Shown: in pieces, positions 18,037 through 29,439 of the stretch
Layout: every line of letters begins with the position of its first letter
Position numbering within the stretch: position 1 is the first letter of the stretch
Assembly: GCA_027067575.1 (NCBI GenBank)
Contig: JAMOVQ010000141.1
Span: 26,731 to 90,730 of the forward strand
Reading direction: 5' to 3'
Length of the DNA stretch: 64,000 nt
Origin: Thermoanaerobaculia bacterium
GTDB taxonomy: Bacteria; Acidobacteriota; Thermoanaerobaculia; Thermoanaerobaculales; Sulfomarinibacteraceae
Made by a program: the position numbers and the translations under genes
The notes under the pieces: model-generated
Databases searched by the model: none
What the model saw: only the letters and a program-made list of their open reading frames with translations
Told to the model about the DNA's origin: nothing

Positions 18037-20775
18037 ATGGTGCCGGGCCGGATCGCGCCACCGTTGATCGCCCTCGTCCTCGCCGCGACAGCGGCCGGGG
18101 CCGGGGAGACCGGGCCGACGTTTCGTGCCGAGGCCGCGGTGTCTTCCACCGTGGCGGCGGGGGAGCGGCTCGAGATCTCCGTCCGCCTGACCAACACCGG
18201 CCCCGCGGCGTGGACGGCGGACCGGCCGATCCGGCTGGCCTCCCACTGGCTGGACGGCGCCGGCGATCCCGTGGTGTGGGACGGCCGGCGAACGCCCCTG
18301 CCGCTGCCCGTTCCGGCCGGCGGGACGGTGGAGGTCGTCGCCCGGGTCGACGCCCCGGACGAGGCGGGGACGTACCGGTTCCAGTGGGACGTGGTGGAGG
18401 AGGGGGTCCGGTGGTTCGGCCGGGGGATGGACCCGCCGCCACCGACCGTTGCCGTCACCGTCCTTCCGCGGCCACGGCGCCACGTCTTCGAGCTCGTCCG
18501 GGCGGCGTGGCCGCTGGTGATCCCCGCGGGCGGCGAGCGCCGGATCCGGGTCACCGTCAAGAACGCCGGCGACGCGCCGTGGGAGGAGCCCCGCCGGATC
18601 AACCTCGCCTACCACTGGCTCCGGCGGGACGGGAGGATGCGCGTCCTGGACGGGGAGCGTACGGACATCCCGTTGCCCGTCGCACCGGGGGAGAGCGTCA
18701 CCGTTGCCGCCAGGCTCAAGGCTCCCAGAAGCGGTGGGCTGCTGCGGCTCCAGTGGGACGTGGTGGAGGAGGGCGTCTGCTGGTTCGGGCAGCGGATGGA
18801 TCCGCCCCCGCCGTCGCGAACGGTGCTCGTCGTCCCCCTCATGCCCGTGGCGATCGCGCTCCTCGCGCTCCTCGTCCTGTGGGCGTGGCGGCGGCTTCTC
18901 CGCAGTGCCGGCCGGCCGGCCAGACTCCTGGCCCTGGCCGACATCCTTTGGTTCGTCACGGCACTGCTCGTCAAGCAAGCGTGGGTCATGGCCCAGGCAC
19001 CGCCGCTTCCGGGACAGCGCTCGCTCCTCCTCTGGGCCGCTCCCGTGTTCCTCCTGGCCCTCCTCGCCCTCGGACTCCCCCAGAAGGTCCGTCCCTGGAT
19101 CCTCCTCGCCTTGGGAACGGCGGCCTCGCTCGTCTTCTGGGGCGACGTGGTGTTCATGCGGTACTTCCAGGGGCTCCCCTCGCTGGCCCTGATCGATGCC
19201 GCCGGCCAGACCGGCCAGGTCACCGAGAGCATCGCCGCGCTCCTCCGGAGGGGGGACCTCTGGCTGCTCGCCGACCTGATTCCGGCGGCGCTTCTCGCCC
19301 GGGCCGTCGCCCGGGTCCGGCCGGCCGGCCGGTGGCGGCTCGGGGCGGCGTTGCTCCTCGCCGTGGGCTCGGTCCCGTTCGCGCTGTGGACCGTTCATGC
19401 GGCGGTGGCCGCCACCGGCCGGGACGTCCAGCGGTTCAGCAGTCTCCAGCTCGCCCGGCGCATCGGGGTGACGGGGTACCACCTGGTCGATGCCTGGGGC
19501 GAGCTCCGCGAGGCGGTGTGGAGCGCCACGGTCTCCCGCGAACAGGTGGAGCGGGTCGCGGCGCTGCTCCAGGCCCGCAGACCGCTCCGCGAGGGACGGG
19601 GACCGCTGTTCGGTGCCGGGCGCGGGATGAACGTGGTGCTCCTCCAGGTCGAGTCACTCCAGGGGTTCATGATCGACCTCGACGTGGGCGGGCAGCCGGT
19701 GATGCCGACGCTCCGGCGACTCGCACGGGAGGGCGTCTCGTTCGAGCTGTGCACCGACCAGACCGCCTACGGACGGACCTCCGATGCCGAACTGCTGACC
19801 GAGACGTCGCTGCTCCCCGTGGCCCATGGGGCGACCTGCTTCCGCCACGGCGACGACCGGTTCGTCGCGCTGGCGCGGGTGCTCGGCCGGGAGGGGTACG
19901 CCACCCTGTCCGCCGTCCCGTTCCTCGGGCGGTTCTGGAACCGCCGGGTCACCCACCCCGCCTACGGCTTCGCCCGGAGCCTGTTCGCGCGGGACTTCGC
20001 CCCCGGACGGAAGATCGGCTGGGGGCTCGACGACCGCGACTTCCTGGCCCAGATGCTCGACCGGCTCCAGGCGCTGCCCCGCCCGTTCCTGGCGTACACG
20101 ATCACCCTCTCGCTCCACCACCCGTTCGAGGGGTTCCCGAAGGACCTGGAGGAGCTCGACGTGGGCCGCTGGGAAGGCACGCCGTTCGGCGGGTACGTCC
20201 ACGCCATGCACTTCTTCGACACGGCGTTGGCGGGGTTCCTGGAGGGGCTCCAGCAGCGTGGCCTCGACCGGGACACGATCCTCGTCGTCTGGGGTGACCA
20301 TGACGCCGGCTTCGGGAGAAAGCCGGAGCTCGCCACGGTGGTGGGGTTCCCGGACACCGAGCTCGGATGGACGCTCCAGGACAGGGTACCGCTGGTCGTC
20401 CACGTCCCCGGTGCATCGGCGCCTCACGGAGTGATCGTCCATTCGCCGGTCGGACTGTGGGACGTTCCCCCCACCGTCGCCGCCCTGGTGGGCATCGACC
20501 CGGGGCCGTTGCCGTGGCTGGGCCGGAACCTGGCGGTCGGGGCGGGCGAAGGACCCGTTGTCCGGCAACACGGCGGCTGGATCGACGCCCGGCTCCTCTG
20601 GACCGGTACGGCAAGCGGACGGTGCTTCGAGTGGCGAACCGGCCGGTCGCTCCCGGCAGAGGCCTGCGCCGAGAGCACGGAGCGTGCCCGCCGGATCGTG
20701 GCGGCGAGCGACCTGATCCTGAGAGCCGATCTCCAGCAGCGGCTCGAGACCATCCTGGAGGGCGGGGAACGGTGA
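18037..20775 (+). CDS. LtaS/MdoB-type sulfatase-fold phosphoglycerol transferase family protein with duplicated N-terminal beta-rich module
   Basis: In-frame ATG at 18037 in ORF 17200..20775. Domain order is signal-like N-terminus, two roughly 115-aa repeats, a multi-TM block, then the catalytic domain NVVLLQVESLQGFMIDL...TAYGRTSDAELLTETSLLP...WGDHD. Confidence 0.75.
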   Translation: MVPGRIAPPLIALVLAATAAGAGETGPTFRAEAAVSSTVAAGERLEISVRLTNTGPAAWTADRPIRLASHWLDGAGDPVVWDGRRTPLPLPVPAGGTVEVVARVDAPDEAGTYRFQWDVVEEGVRWFGRGMDPPPPTVAVTVLPRPRRHVFELVRAAWPLVIPAGGERRIRVTVKNAGDAPWEEPRRINLAYHWLRRDGRMRVLDGERTDIPLPVAPGESVTVAARLKAPRSGGLLRLQWDVVEEGVCWFGQRMDPPPPSRTVLVVPLMPVAIALLALLVLWAWRRLLRSAGRPARLLALADILWFVTALLVKQAWVMAQAPPLPGQRSLLLWAAPVFLLALLALGLPQKVRPWILLALGTAASLVFWGDVVFMRYFQGLPSLALIDAAGQTGQVTESIAALLRRGDLWLLADLIPAALLARAVARVRPAGRWRLGAALLLAVGSVPFALWTVHAAVAATGRDVQRFSSLQLARRIGVTGYHLVDAWGELREAVWSATVSREQVERVAALLQARRPLREGRGPLFGAGRGMNVVLLQVESLQGFMIDLDVGGQPVMPTLRRLAREGVSFELCTDQTAYGRTSDAELLTETSLLPVAHGATCFRHGDDRFVALARVLGREGYATLSAVPFLGRFWNRRVTHPAYGFARSLFARDFAPGRKIGWGLDDRDFLAQMLDRLQALPRPFLAYTITLSLHHPFEGFPKDLEELDVGRWEGTPFGGYVHAMHFFDTALAGFLEGLQQRGLDRDTILVVWGDHDAGFGRKPELATVVGFPDTELGWTLQDRVPLVVHVPGASAPHGVIVHSPVGLWDVPPTVAALVGIDPGPLPWLGRNLAVGAGEGPVVRQHGGWIDARLLWTGTASGRCFEWRTGRSLPAEACAESTERARRIVAASDLILRADLQQRLETILEGGER
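18121..18837 (+). repeat. internal tandem domain duplication within the LtaS-like gene (two roughly 115-aa modules)
   Basis: Copy 1 ends ...TYRFQWDVVEEGVRWFGRGMDPPPPTVAVTVLP. Copy 2 ends ...LLRLQWDVVEEGVCWFGQRMDPPPPSRTVLVVP. The DNA is also near-identical over the QWDVVEEGV..WFG..MDPPPP segment. Confidence 0.8.
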
Positions 20776-22997
20776 AGGGCCGGTTCCGATGGCTCTGCCT
20801 GCTCCCGGAGGCCTCTGCCGTTGCGGGGATCCTGACGACCGTCGCGGCCGCCGCCCTCGTGGCGTGGAGCCGGTTCGCCCTCCTCGCGTCGGGGCCGTGG
20901 GAGTGGGACGAGACGCTGTTCGCCCGGGGGCTGATGCGGTTCGAGCTCGCGGCCCACTTTCCCCATCCGCCGGGGTTCCCCGGCTGGATGGCGATCGGGC
21001 ACCTGATGCGTCCGTTCGTCCGCGAACCCCTGACCGGCCTCCAGCTGGCCTCGGCCCTGCTCTCGGTGGCCTCGCTGTGGCCTCTCGTGGCGCTCGGCCG
21101 GCGGGTCGCCCCCCCGATCGTGGCGCTCGTGGGGGCCCTGCTCGTCCTGCTCGCTCCGGGGCCGTGGCTCCACGCCGTCAGGGGGTTCAGCTCGACCCCG
21201 GCGGCGTTCTTCCTCCTGCTGGCCGCGGCGGGGCTGACGGTGGAGCAGGACAGGCTGCGGCCCACGGCCGTGACGCTGGCCATCGCCGCCGGAGTGCTCG
21301 TCAGGCCGCAGCTCCTTCCCGTGGGAGCGATCCTCTGGCTCGCGCTGGCAGACAGGGTCCGCTCGCCGCGGCGTCTCGCGCCCGGCGTGCTCCTATCCGT
21401 TGCCGCCGGCGTCCTCTCCCTCGTCCTGATGGCCCGGGCCGAGGGGGGGTGGGATCTTCTCTCACTGGCGTTTGCCGACCACGCCACCCGGCACTTCTCG
21501 AGGCTTGCCCACAACGCCGCCGGCATCGCCGACCTCGGGCTCGTGGTCTCCCTTGGTGGACCGGCCGGGTTCCTCCCCATCGCCGTCCTCGCAGGACTCG
21601 GACTGCTGGCGTGGGGCCGGCGACGGAGCCGGGAGGAGGGGGCCACGGCGATCCTCGTCGTCCTCGCCCTGCTCGCCGAGGTGCTGCTGCTCCAGAACCG
21701 GACCTACCCCCGGTACGCCGTACCGCTCGTCCTCGCCATGGGACCGCTCGCCGCCGGGGGCGCCGTGGCCGTGGCGCCGCCGGCGATCGCCGCCGCCGCG
21801 CTCGCGGGGCTCGCGGCATGGCAGGCCGCCACCGCATGGCCCCCCGTGGTGGAGCAGCACTCGACCCGGTTGCCGGGATGGAACGCCGTGGTCGTGGGGC
21901 TGGACATCGCACGGCGGCACCACACGGACGTCGTGGTGGAAGCCGGGCTGTACCCGTTCGCATCGTACCGGCTGTTCCTCATGGGGGGAGGCCGGGAGCC
22001 GGAACGCCCGCGCCTCGTCCTCTCGCCGTGGGCTCCCGAGCCCTGGGAGGGCATCGAACAGCCGTACGTCGTCGTCACCGACACGCCCCGGCGGTACCTC
22101 CCCCCCATCGTCCGGGGAACGCTGCGGTTCGGCGGGGTCTCCGACGCCCTGCTCCCGCTGACCCAGCGGCGGTTCCTCGAGGCCGAGGTGCTCGTGGCGC
22201 CGCCCTTGCCAGTGGGGACCTGGTGGCCCGTGGAGACGGACCGGAGCGGAAGGCCGTTCATGTGGGGCTCCACCGACGCCGCGCTCGTCGTGTCCCCCCT
22301 CCCGGAGGGAACCTGGTTGCGGCTGCGGCTCCTTCCGGCACACGGGCCGGCCCCGCTCCACGTCACCGTGGACGGCGAGCCGTTGCTGACCGTGAACGGT
22401 GAGGGCGGCTGGCGAACGGTCGTGGTTCCCGCGGATCGACTGTCCGGCCCTGCTCCCCACCGGATCGCCTTCCCGCGCCGGGAGGCGTACCCACCGGGGC
22501 GGTCGGACCGCCGGCCGCTCTCGGTCCGCGTCCAGGGCGTCGAAGCGCTGGGTCCCCGAGTTCCGTGGTCGGCTGCGGTCTGGGACGTTCGGGAGCGGGA
22601 ACGGATCGGGATCGAGCTCGAGGGCCGTCATGCCCCGGAGCGGTTCGGGACGGCTGGGATGGGGATCTGGCTGACGCCCCACGCGACCCTGACGGTGCCC
22701 GCGGCGGAAGGTAGGCTCCGGCTGACCCTGTTCGCACCGCGCCCCGTGGGATCGGGCACCACGGTGCGGGCCGGGGACACGGTGGTGTTCGGTCCGGCGG
22801 ACCTGCCAGCCGAGCCCACCACTGTCGAGATCCCCGTCCACGCCGACGGGAACGGCCGGGCGGAGATCGTGATCGACAGCGTTCCATACTGTCCGGCGGA
22901 GGCCGGCGACGGCACCGACCGCCGCCGCCTGGGCGTGGTCCTGACGGCGGTGGCGTTCGAACCGGACCGTGACGACCGCTGGCCGTGGGCCTGGTGA
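20772..22997 (+). CDS. GT-C fold membrane glycosyltransferase (ArnT/PMT family 39/83-like) with large C-terminal soluble region
   Basis: GTG at 20772 overlaps the upstream stop (GTGA). First-loop motif WEWDETLFARGL...HFPHPPGFPGW matches the DE...HPP signature of the ArnT/PMT_2 family. Many TM segments are followed by about 340 aa non-membrane. Confidence 0.65.
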   Translation: MKGRFRWLCLLPEASAVAGILTTVAAAALVAWSRFALLASGPWEWDETLFARGLMRFELAAHFPHPPGFPGWMAIGHLMRPFVREPLTGLQLASALLSVASLWPLVALGRRVAPPIVALVGALLVLLAPGPWLHAVRGFSSTPAAFFLLLAAAGLTVEQDRLRPTAVTLAIAAGVLVRPQLLPVGAILWLALADRVRSPRRLAPGVLLSVAAGVLSLVLMARAEGGWDLLSLAFADHATRHFSRLAHNAAGIADLGLVVSLGGPAGFLPIAVLAGLGLLAWGRRRSREEGATAILVVLALLAEVLLLQNRTYPRYAVPLVLAMGPLAAGGAVAVAPPAIAAAALAGLAAWQAATAWPPVVEQHSTRLPGWNAVVVGLDIARRHHTDVVVEAGLYPFASYRLFLMGGGREPERPRLVLSPWAPEPWEGIEQPYVVVTDTPRRYLPPIVRGTLRFGGVSDALLPLTQRRFLEAEVLVAPPLPVGTWWPVETDRSGRPFMWGSTDAALVVSPLPEGTWLRLRLLPAHGPAPLHVTVDGEPLLTVNGEGGWRTVVVPADRLSGPAPHRIAFPRREAYPPGRSDRRPLSVRVQGVEALGPRVPWSAAVWDVRERERIGIELEGRHAPERFGTAGMGIWLTPHATLTVPAAEGRLRLTLFAPRPVGSGTTVRAGDTVVFGPADLPAEPTTVEIPVHADGNGRAEIVIDSVPYCPAEAGDGTDRRRLGVVLTAVAFEPDRDDRWPWAW

Positions 22998-23066
22998 GGC
23001 GCCGGTGCTCCCCACGGCGGCCGGACGGCGGTTTGCCTTTCCGGCGGGCGTGAGGTCACGGAAACA

Positions 23067-23086
23067 CCCCCCGCCGGGGCGGGGGG
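23067..23086. terminator. GC-rich hairpin between convergent genes (possible bidirectional terminator)
   Basis: CCCCCCGCC-GG-GGCGGGGGG lies between the GT-C gene stop (22997) and the maeB stop (23114). On the minus strand it is followed by TGTTTCC. Confidence 0.4.
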
Positions 23087-23113
23087 CGGTGGTTCCGGAC
23101 GGCCGGGGAGCGA

Positions 23114-25378
<2,265 letters not shown>

Positions 25379-25479
25379 CGGATCCTCCTCGGCAGACCCG
25401 GCGCACACGGCGCCGCAGGCTCGGGCGGCCGGGCCGTTCTCTGGTGCTGATACGGAAACCTCCTCCTTGCGGAAGGGCA

Positions 25480-25495
25480 TGAGAAACGTTTCACA
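25480..25495 (-). promoter_or_regulatory. CRP/FNR-type palindrome upstream of maeB
   Basis: The minus strand reads TGTGAAACGTTTCTCA (TGTGA-N6-TCTCA; core GAAACGTTTC is a perfect 10-bp palindrome). It lies about 100-117 nt upstream of the maeB ATG. Confidence 0.35.
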
Positions 25496-25525
25496 AGCGG
25501 AAGATACCCCCCAACCCGGGCCCCG

Positions 25526-26566
25526 TCAACCGGCACGCTCCCGGTGGCGTTCCAGGGCCAGTTCCAGCAGCCGTTCCACCAGCGCGGCGTACGGCAGCCC
25601 ACTGGCCTCCCACAACTTCGGAAACATCGAGATCGGCGTGAACCCGGGGATCGTGTTGACCTCGTTGACGAGGTACCGTCCCGTTCCCCGTTCGAGGAAC
25701 AGGTCGACCCGGGCCATACCCTCGCACCCCAGGCTCCGGTACGCCGCCACCGCGAGCGTCTCCGCTCGCTCCCGCTCCTCGTGATCCAGCGGCGCCGGGA
25801 CGAGCAGGCGGCAGGCGTCGTCCAGATACTTGTCCGCGTAGTCGTAGAACGCGTGGCCGGGGACCACCTCCCCCGGGACCGCGGCCCGCGGCTCATGGTT
25901 CCCGATGACGGGGACCTCGATCTCCTGCGCATCGACCCCCCTCTCCACCACAACGAGGGTGTCGTGCCGGAACGCCTCCTCCAGCGCCGCGACCACCCCG
26001 TCCGGCGTCTCGACCTTCGAGATCCCAACGGAGGAGCCGAGCCGTGCGGGCTTGACGAACAGGGGGAACCCGAGCCCCGTGCAGGCGCCGGCGACGGTCC
26101 CGGAGCCGGCCCGGAACTCGTGCCGGGAGAGCTCGATCCAGTCCGGGGTGTCGAGTCCGGCGGCGGCGAGGAGCCGCTTGGTCAGCGCCTTGTCCATGCA
26201 GACCGCCGAGGCGGCCACCCCGCACCCGACGTAGGGAACGCCCAAGGTCTCCAGCAGGCCCTGGATCGTGCCGTCCTCGCCGTACGGGCCATGGAGCACG
26301 GGGAAGGCCACGTCGAGCTGCCCCCCGAGCAACGACGGGGCGAGCCGATCCATCCCCTCGAAAGGGACCACCGAGTCGGTCCGGTCCCCCGAACGATCGA
26401 GGACCTCTGCCGACACCTCGGCCCCGGCCCACAGGCCCCGCCGGTCGATGGCCATCGGAACGACGTCGTGGCTGCGCTCCTCAAGGGCGTTCCGGACCGC
26501 CCGCGCCGAGACGATGCTGACCTCGTGCTCGCCGGAGCGCCCGCCGAAGATCAACCCGACGCGCAT
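25526..26566 (-). CDS. ddl: D-alanine--D-alanine ligase
   Basis: ORF 25526..26566. MRVGLIFGGRSGEHEVSIVSA, ATP-grasp body, C-terminal VNEVNTIPGFT. Confidence 0.9.
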   Translation of the reverse strand: MRVGLIFGGRSGEHEVSIVSARAVRNALEERSHDVVPMAIDRRGLWAGAEVSAEVLDRSGDRTDSVVPFEGMDRLAPSLLGGQLDVAFPVLHGPYGEDGTIQGLLETLGVPYVGCGVAASAVCMDKALTKRLLAAAGLDTPDWIELSRHEFRAGSGTVAGACTGLGFPLFVKPARLGSSVGISKVETPDGVVAALEEAFRHDTLVVVERGVDAQEIEVPVIGNHEPRAAVPGEVVPGHAFYDYADKYLDDACRLLVPAPLDHEERERAETLAVAAYRSLGCEGMARVDLFLERGTGRYLVNEVNTIPGFTPISMFPKLWEASGLPYAALVERLLELALERHRERAG

Positions 26567-26567
26567 C

Positions 26568-26897
26568 TCAGTCGATGGTCTTGCCGACCCCGAACAGCGT
26601 CCCGATCAGCGTCCGCACCGCGCGGGGATCCTTCTGTTCGAGGATCTTCTCGACCTCCCCGCGGTCGAAGAACATCCCGCCGCAGGAAAAGCAGTGGTCC
26701 ACCTGGACGCCCCGGAACTCGACCTCCTCGAGCTCCATGCCGCACTTGGGACAGCGCATCCAGTGGGTCTGCTTGAGACGCTGACGTTCCCTTTCCTCCA
26801 TCGCCTTCTTCGCGGCCTCGCACGCGGCGAGCCGCCGTTCAGCCTCCTGCTTGAGGAAGTACGCCTCCTCCTTCTCGCTCGGTGTCCATTCCGCCAT
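26568..26897 (-). CDS. TFIIB-type zinc-ribbon domain protein
   Basis: ORF 26568..26897. CPKCG...CFSCGGMFFDRGE zinc ribbon after a charged helical N-terminus. Its stop lies 1 nt from the ddl start. Confidence 0.65.
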   Translation of the reverse strand: MAEWTPSEKEEAYFLKQEAERRLAACEAAKKAMEERERQRLKQTHWMRCPKCGMELEEVEFRGVQVDHCFSCGGMFFDRGEVEKILEQKDPRAVRTLIGTLFGVGKTID

Positions 26898-26949
26898 GGT
26901 GCCTCCCTGCGGCGATTGTACCGGAGCCCGGGTGCGCTACCATCGGGGG

Positions 26950-28125
26950 GTGGCACGTGTCAGGACGGGACTGGTCCGGCTCCTGGAGCACCCGGAGCTG
27001 ATCGGCGGGCGGCGCTGGGCGCTGCTCGCCAACCAGGCGGCGGTGACGCCGGGGCTCGTCCCTGCGCGCGAGGCGCTGCTCGCGACGGGGTGCGGGCCGC
27101 TGGTGCGGCTGTTCGCGCCGGAGCACGGCCTCGACGGTGTGGCCCAGGACATGGAGGCGGTGGGCGACGAGATCGACCCGCTGACCGGCGTCCCGGTCAT
27201 CTCGCTCTACGGTGACTCCGAGGAGACGCTGGTCCCCTCCGAGGAGGACCTGGAGGACGTCGACGTGCTCGTAGTGGACCTGCCGGACATCGGTGCCCGG
27301 CACTACACCTTCGCCGCGACCATGGTGCTCGCCATGGACCCCTGCCTGGCGGTGGGGACCGAGATGATCGTGCTCGACCGGCCGAACCCGATCACGGGAG
27401 GGCACCGGGAGGGTGGTCTCGTGCACGATGGGTTCCGGTCGTTCGTCTCCCTGCTCAACATGCCGGTCCGCCACGGCCTGACCCTGGGCGAGCTGGCTCT
27501 GGCCTGGCACGGGACGCACTGCCCCGCCCTCCACATGACGGTGGTCCGGTGCGAGGGGTGGCGGCGGAACCAGTGGTGGGACGAGACGGGCCTCCCGTGG
27601 GTCCCGCCGAGCCCGAACATGCCGACCCCCGAGACGGCGCTCCTCTACCCGGGGCTCTGCCTCGTGGAGGCGACCACCCTCTCGGAGGGCCGCGGGACGA
27701 CGCGGCCGTTCCACCTCGTGGGCGCCCCGGGAATCGACCCGTTCGAGCTCGCGGGAGTCCTGCGGCGCCTGGACCTGCCGGGGCTGGGGTTCCGTCCTGC
27801 GCGGTTTCGCCCGGAGTTCGGCAAGCACGCCGGCGCCGTCTGCGGCGGCGTGGAGATCCACGTACTCGACCGGGAGGCCGTCCGGCCCGTGGAGGCTGGG
27901 GTCCTGCTGCTCGCCACGATCCGGGAACGGTTCCCCGGCGCGTTCGGCTGGCGGCCCGATCCGTACGAGTTCGTCACCGACGTGCCCGCCATCGACCTCC
28001 TGACGGGGTCGGACGCCGTGCGCCGGGTCCTCGATGGGGACGGGCTGCTCGAGCCGGTCCTGGAGGGGTGGCGGCGCGAGGTGGCCTCGTTCGAGGCCAC
28101 CCTGGGGACGCTGCTGTACCGCTAA
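26950..28125 (+). CDS. DUF1343 family protein (NamZ-like exo-beta-N-acetylmuramidase family)
   Basis: ORF 26851..28125. VRTGLVRLLEHPE...RWALLANQAAV, DVLVVDLPDIGARHYTF, and NMPTPETALLYPGLCLVEATTLSEGRGTTRPF are typical of DUF1343. GTG at 26950 avoids overlap with the divergent gene; 26959 is also possible. Confidence 0.7.
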   Translation: MARVRTGLVRLLEHPELIGGRRWALLANQAAVTPGLVPAREALLATGCGPLVRLFAPEHGLDGVAQDMEAVGDEIDPLTGVPVISLYGDSEETLVPSEEDLEDVDVLVVDLPDIGARHYTFAATMVLAMDPCLAVGTEMIVLDRPNPITGGHREGGLVHDGFRSFVSLLNMPVRHGLTLGELALAWHGTHCPALHMTVVRCEGWRRNQWWDETGLPWVPPSPNMPTPETALLYPGLCLVEATTLSEGRGTTRPFHLVGAPGIDPFELAGVLRRLDLPGLGFRPARFRPEFGKHAGAVCGGVEIHVLDREAVRPVEAGVLLLATIRERFPGAFGWRPDPYEFVTDVPAIDLLTGSDAVRRVLDGDGLLEPVLEGWRREVASFEATLGTLLYR

Positions 28126-28233
28126 GCCTGGAGGACGGCGACCCGTGCGGGGACGGCGCGGCGCACGGGGCGGCGCCACCGGGAGGTGGGTGGGCGGCGT
28201 GCCCCGCCGGTCCGCGACCGGTCCCCGCCGGGA

Positions 28234-29439
28234 TCAGTCGAACTGGTTGCGCAGGATCGCCGGGACCTCGTACTCCCCGGTGACGTTGATCCCGTACTCG
28301 CTGTTGGGACCACCGGGCAGCCCGAACGCCCTGCGGGGTGTCCGTTCGGGTTCGGTCCTCTGCTGCACGGCGGATCGTTCCAGCCCTTCCTCGAGTCCCT
28401 CGCCCCTGCGGAACCCCGTTGCGATCACCGTCACCTGGATCGCGTCGCCGAGCGACGGGTCCACCACGGCACCGAACAGGATCGTTGCGTCGGGGTGGGC
28501 CCCCTCGGTGATGATCTCGGCAGCCTCGTTGATCTCGTTGAGCGTGACCTCTTCCCCACCCGTGATGTTCATCAGGATCCCGCGGGCACCGGCGAGGCTC
28601 GTCTCCTCGAGCAGCGGCGACGCCACGGCCTGCTGGGCGGCCTCCACGGCGCGGTGCTCGCCCGAGGCGGTTCCGATCCCCATGATGGCGTGGCCCATCC
28701 CCTGCATCACCGTGCGGACATCGGCGAAGTCACGGTTGATCAGCCCCGGCTTCGTGATGATGTCGGCGATCCCCTGCACGGCCTGCCGGAGAACGTCGTC
28801 GGCGATCCGCATCGCCTCGGGGAACGAGGTGGTGCGCTCGACGAACTTGAGCAACCGGTCGTTGGGGATGGTGATCAGCGTGTCCACGGCCCCGGAGAGG
28901 GCGCGGATCCCTTCCTCGGCCACCGCCATCCGGCGGGACCCCTCGAAGGTGAACGGCTTGGTGACCACGGCGACGGTCAGCGCCCCGACGTCCGCCGCGA
29001 GCTGGGCGATCACCGGCGCGGCGCCGGTACCCGTGCCACCGCCCATACCGCAGGCGATGAACACCATGTCGGCGCCCTCCACGAGGTCCACGATCCGCTC
29101 CGTGTCCTCGGCGGCCGCCTTCTGGCCGACCTCGGGGTTGGCCCCCGCGCCGAGGCCCCGGGTCAGCTTGGGACCGAGCTGGAGCTTGATCGGCGCCTTG
29201 CTCTGGGACAGCGCCTGGGCGTCGGTGTTGGCCGCGATGAACTCAACACCCTCGAGGCCGGCCTCGATCATCCGGTTGACCGAGTTGCAGCCACCGCCCC
29301 CCACGCCGATCACCTTGATGATCGCCGGGGAGCGCGCCTCGTCGAGCTGGATGCTCGGCCCCTCCTGCGGGACCGCTCCGGTGTCCGGGGACCTCTCGTC
29401 CCCCATGTCCATGATCGGGTCGTCGAGTCTGATGTTCAC
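28234..29439 (-). CDS. ftsZ: cell division protein FtsZ
   Basis: ORF 28234..29439. Tubulin signature [13 protein letters not shown]; NTDAQAL. Confidence 0.97.
   Translation of the reverse strand: MNIRLDDPIMDMGDERSPDTGAVPQEGPSIQLDEARSPAIIKVIGVGGGGCNSVNRMIEAGLEGVEFIAANTDAQALSQSKAPIKLQLGPKLTRGLGAGANPEVGQKAAAEDTERIVDLVEGADMVFIACGMGGGTGTGAAPVIAQLAADVGALTVAVVTKPFTFEGSRRMAVAEEGIRALSGAVDTLITIPNDRLLKFVERTTSFPEAMRIADDVLRQAVQGIADIITKPGLINRDFADVRTVMQGMGHAIMGIGTASGEHRAVEAAQQAVASPLLEETSLAGARGILMNITGGEEVTLNEINEAAEIITEGAHPDATILFGAVVDPSLGDAIQVTVIATGFRRGEGLEEGLERSAVQQRTEPERTPRRAFGLPGGPNSEYGINVTGEYEVPAILRNQFD

Noticed and set aside
25379-25480. A 34-aa N-terminal extension of maeB ([16 protein letters not shown]...) starting at 25480.
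   Set aside because: The extension has no similarity to malic enzymes and overlaps the CRP-like palindrome. The internal ATG at 25378 has a GAGGAGG Shine-Dalgarno and gives the canonical [11 protein letters not shown]-terminus.
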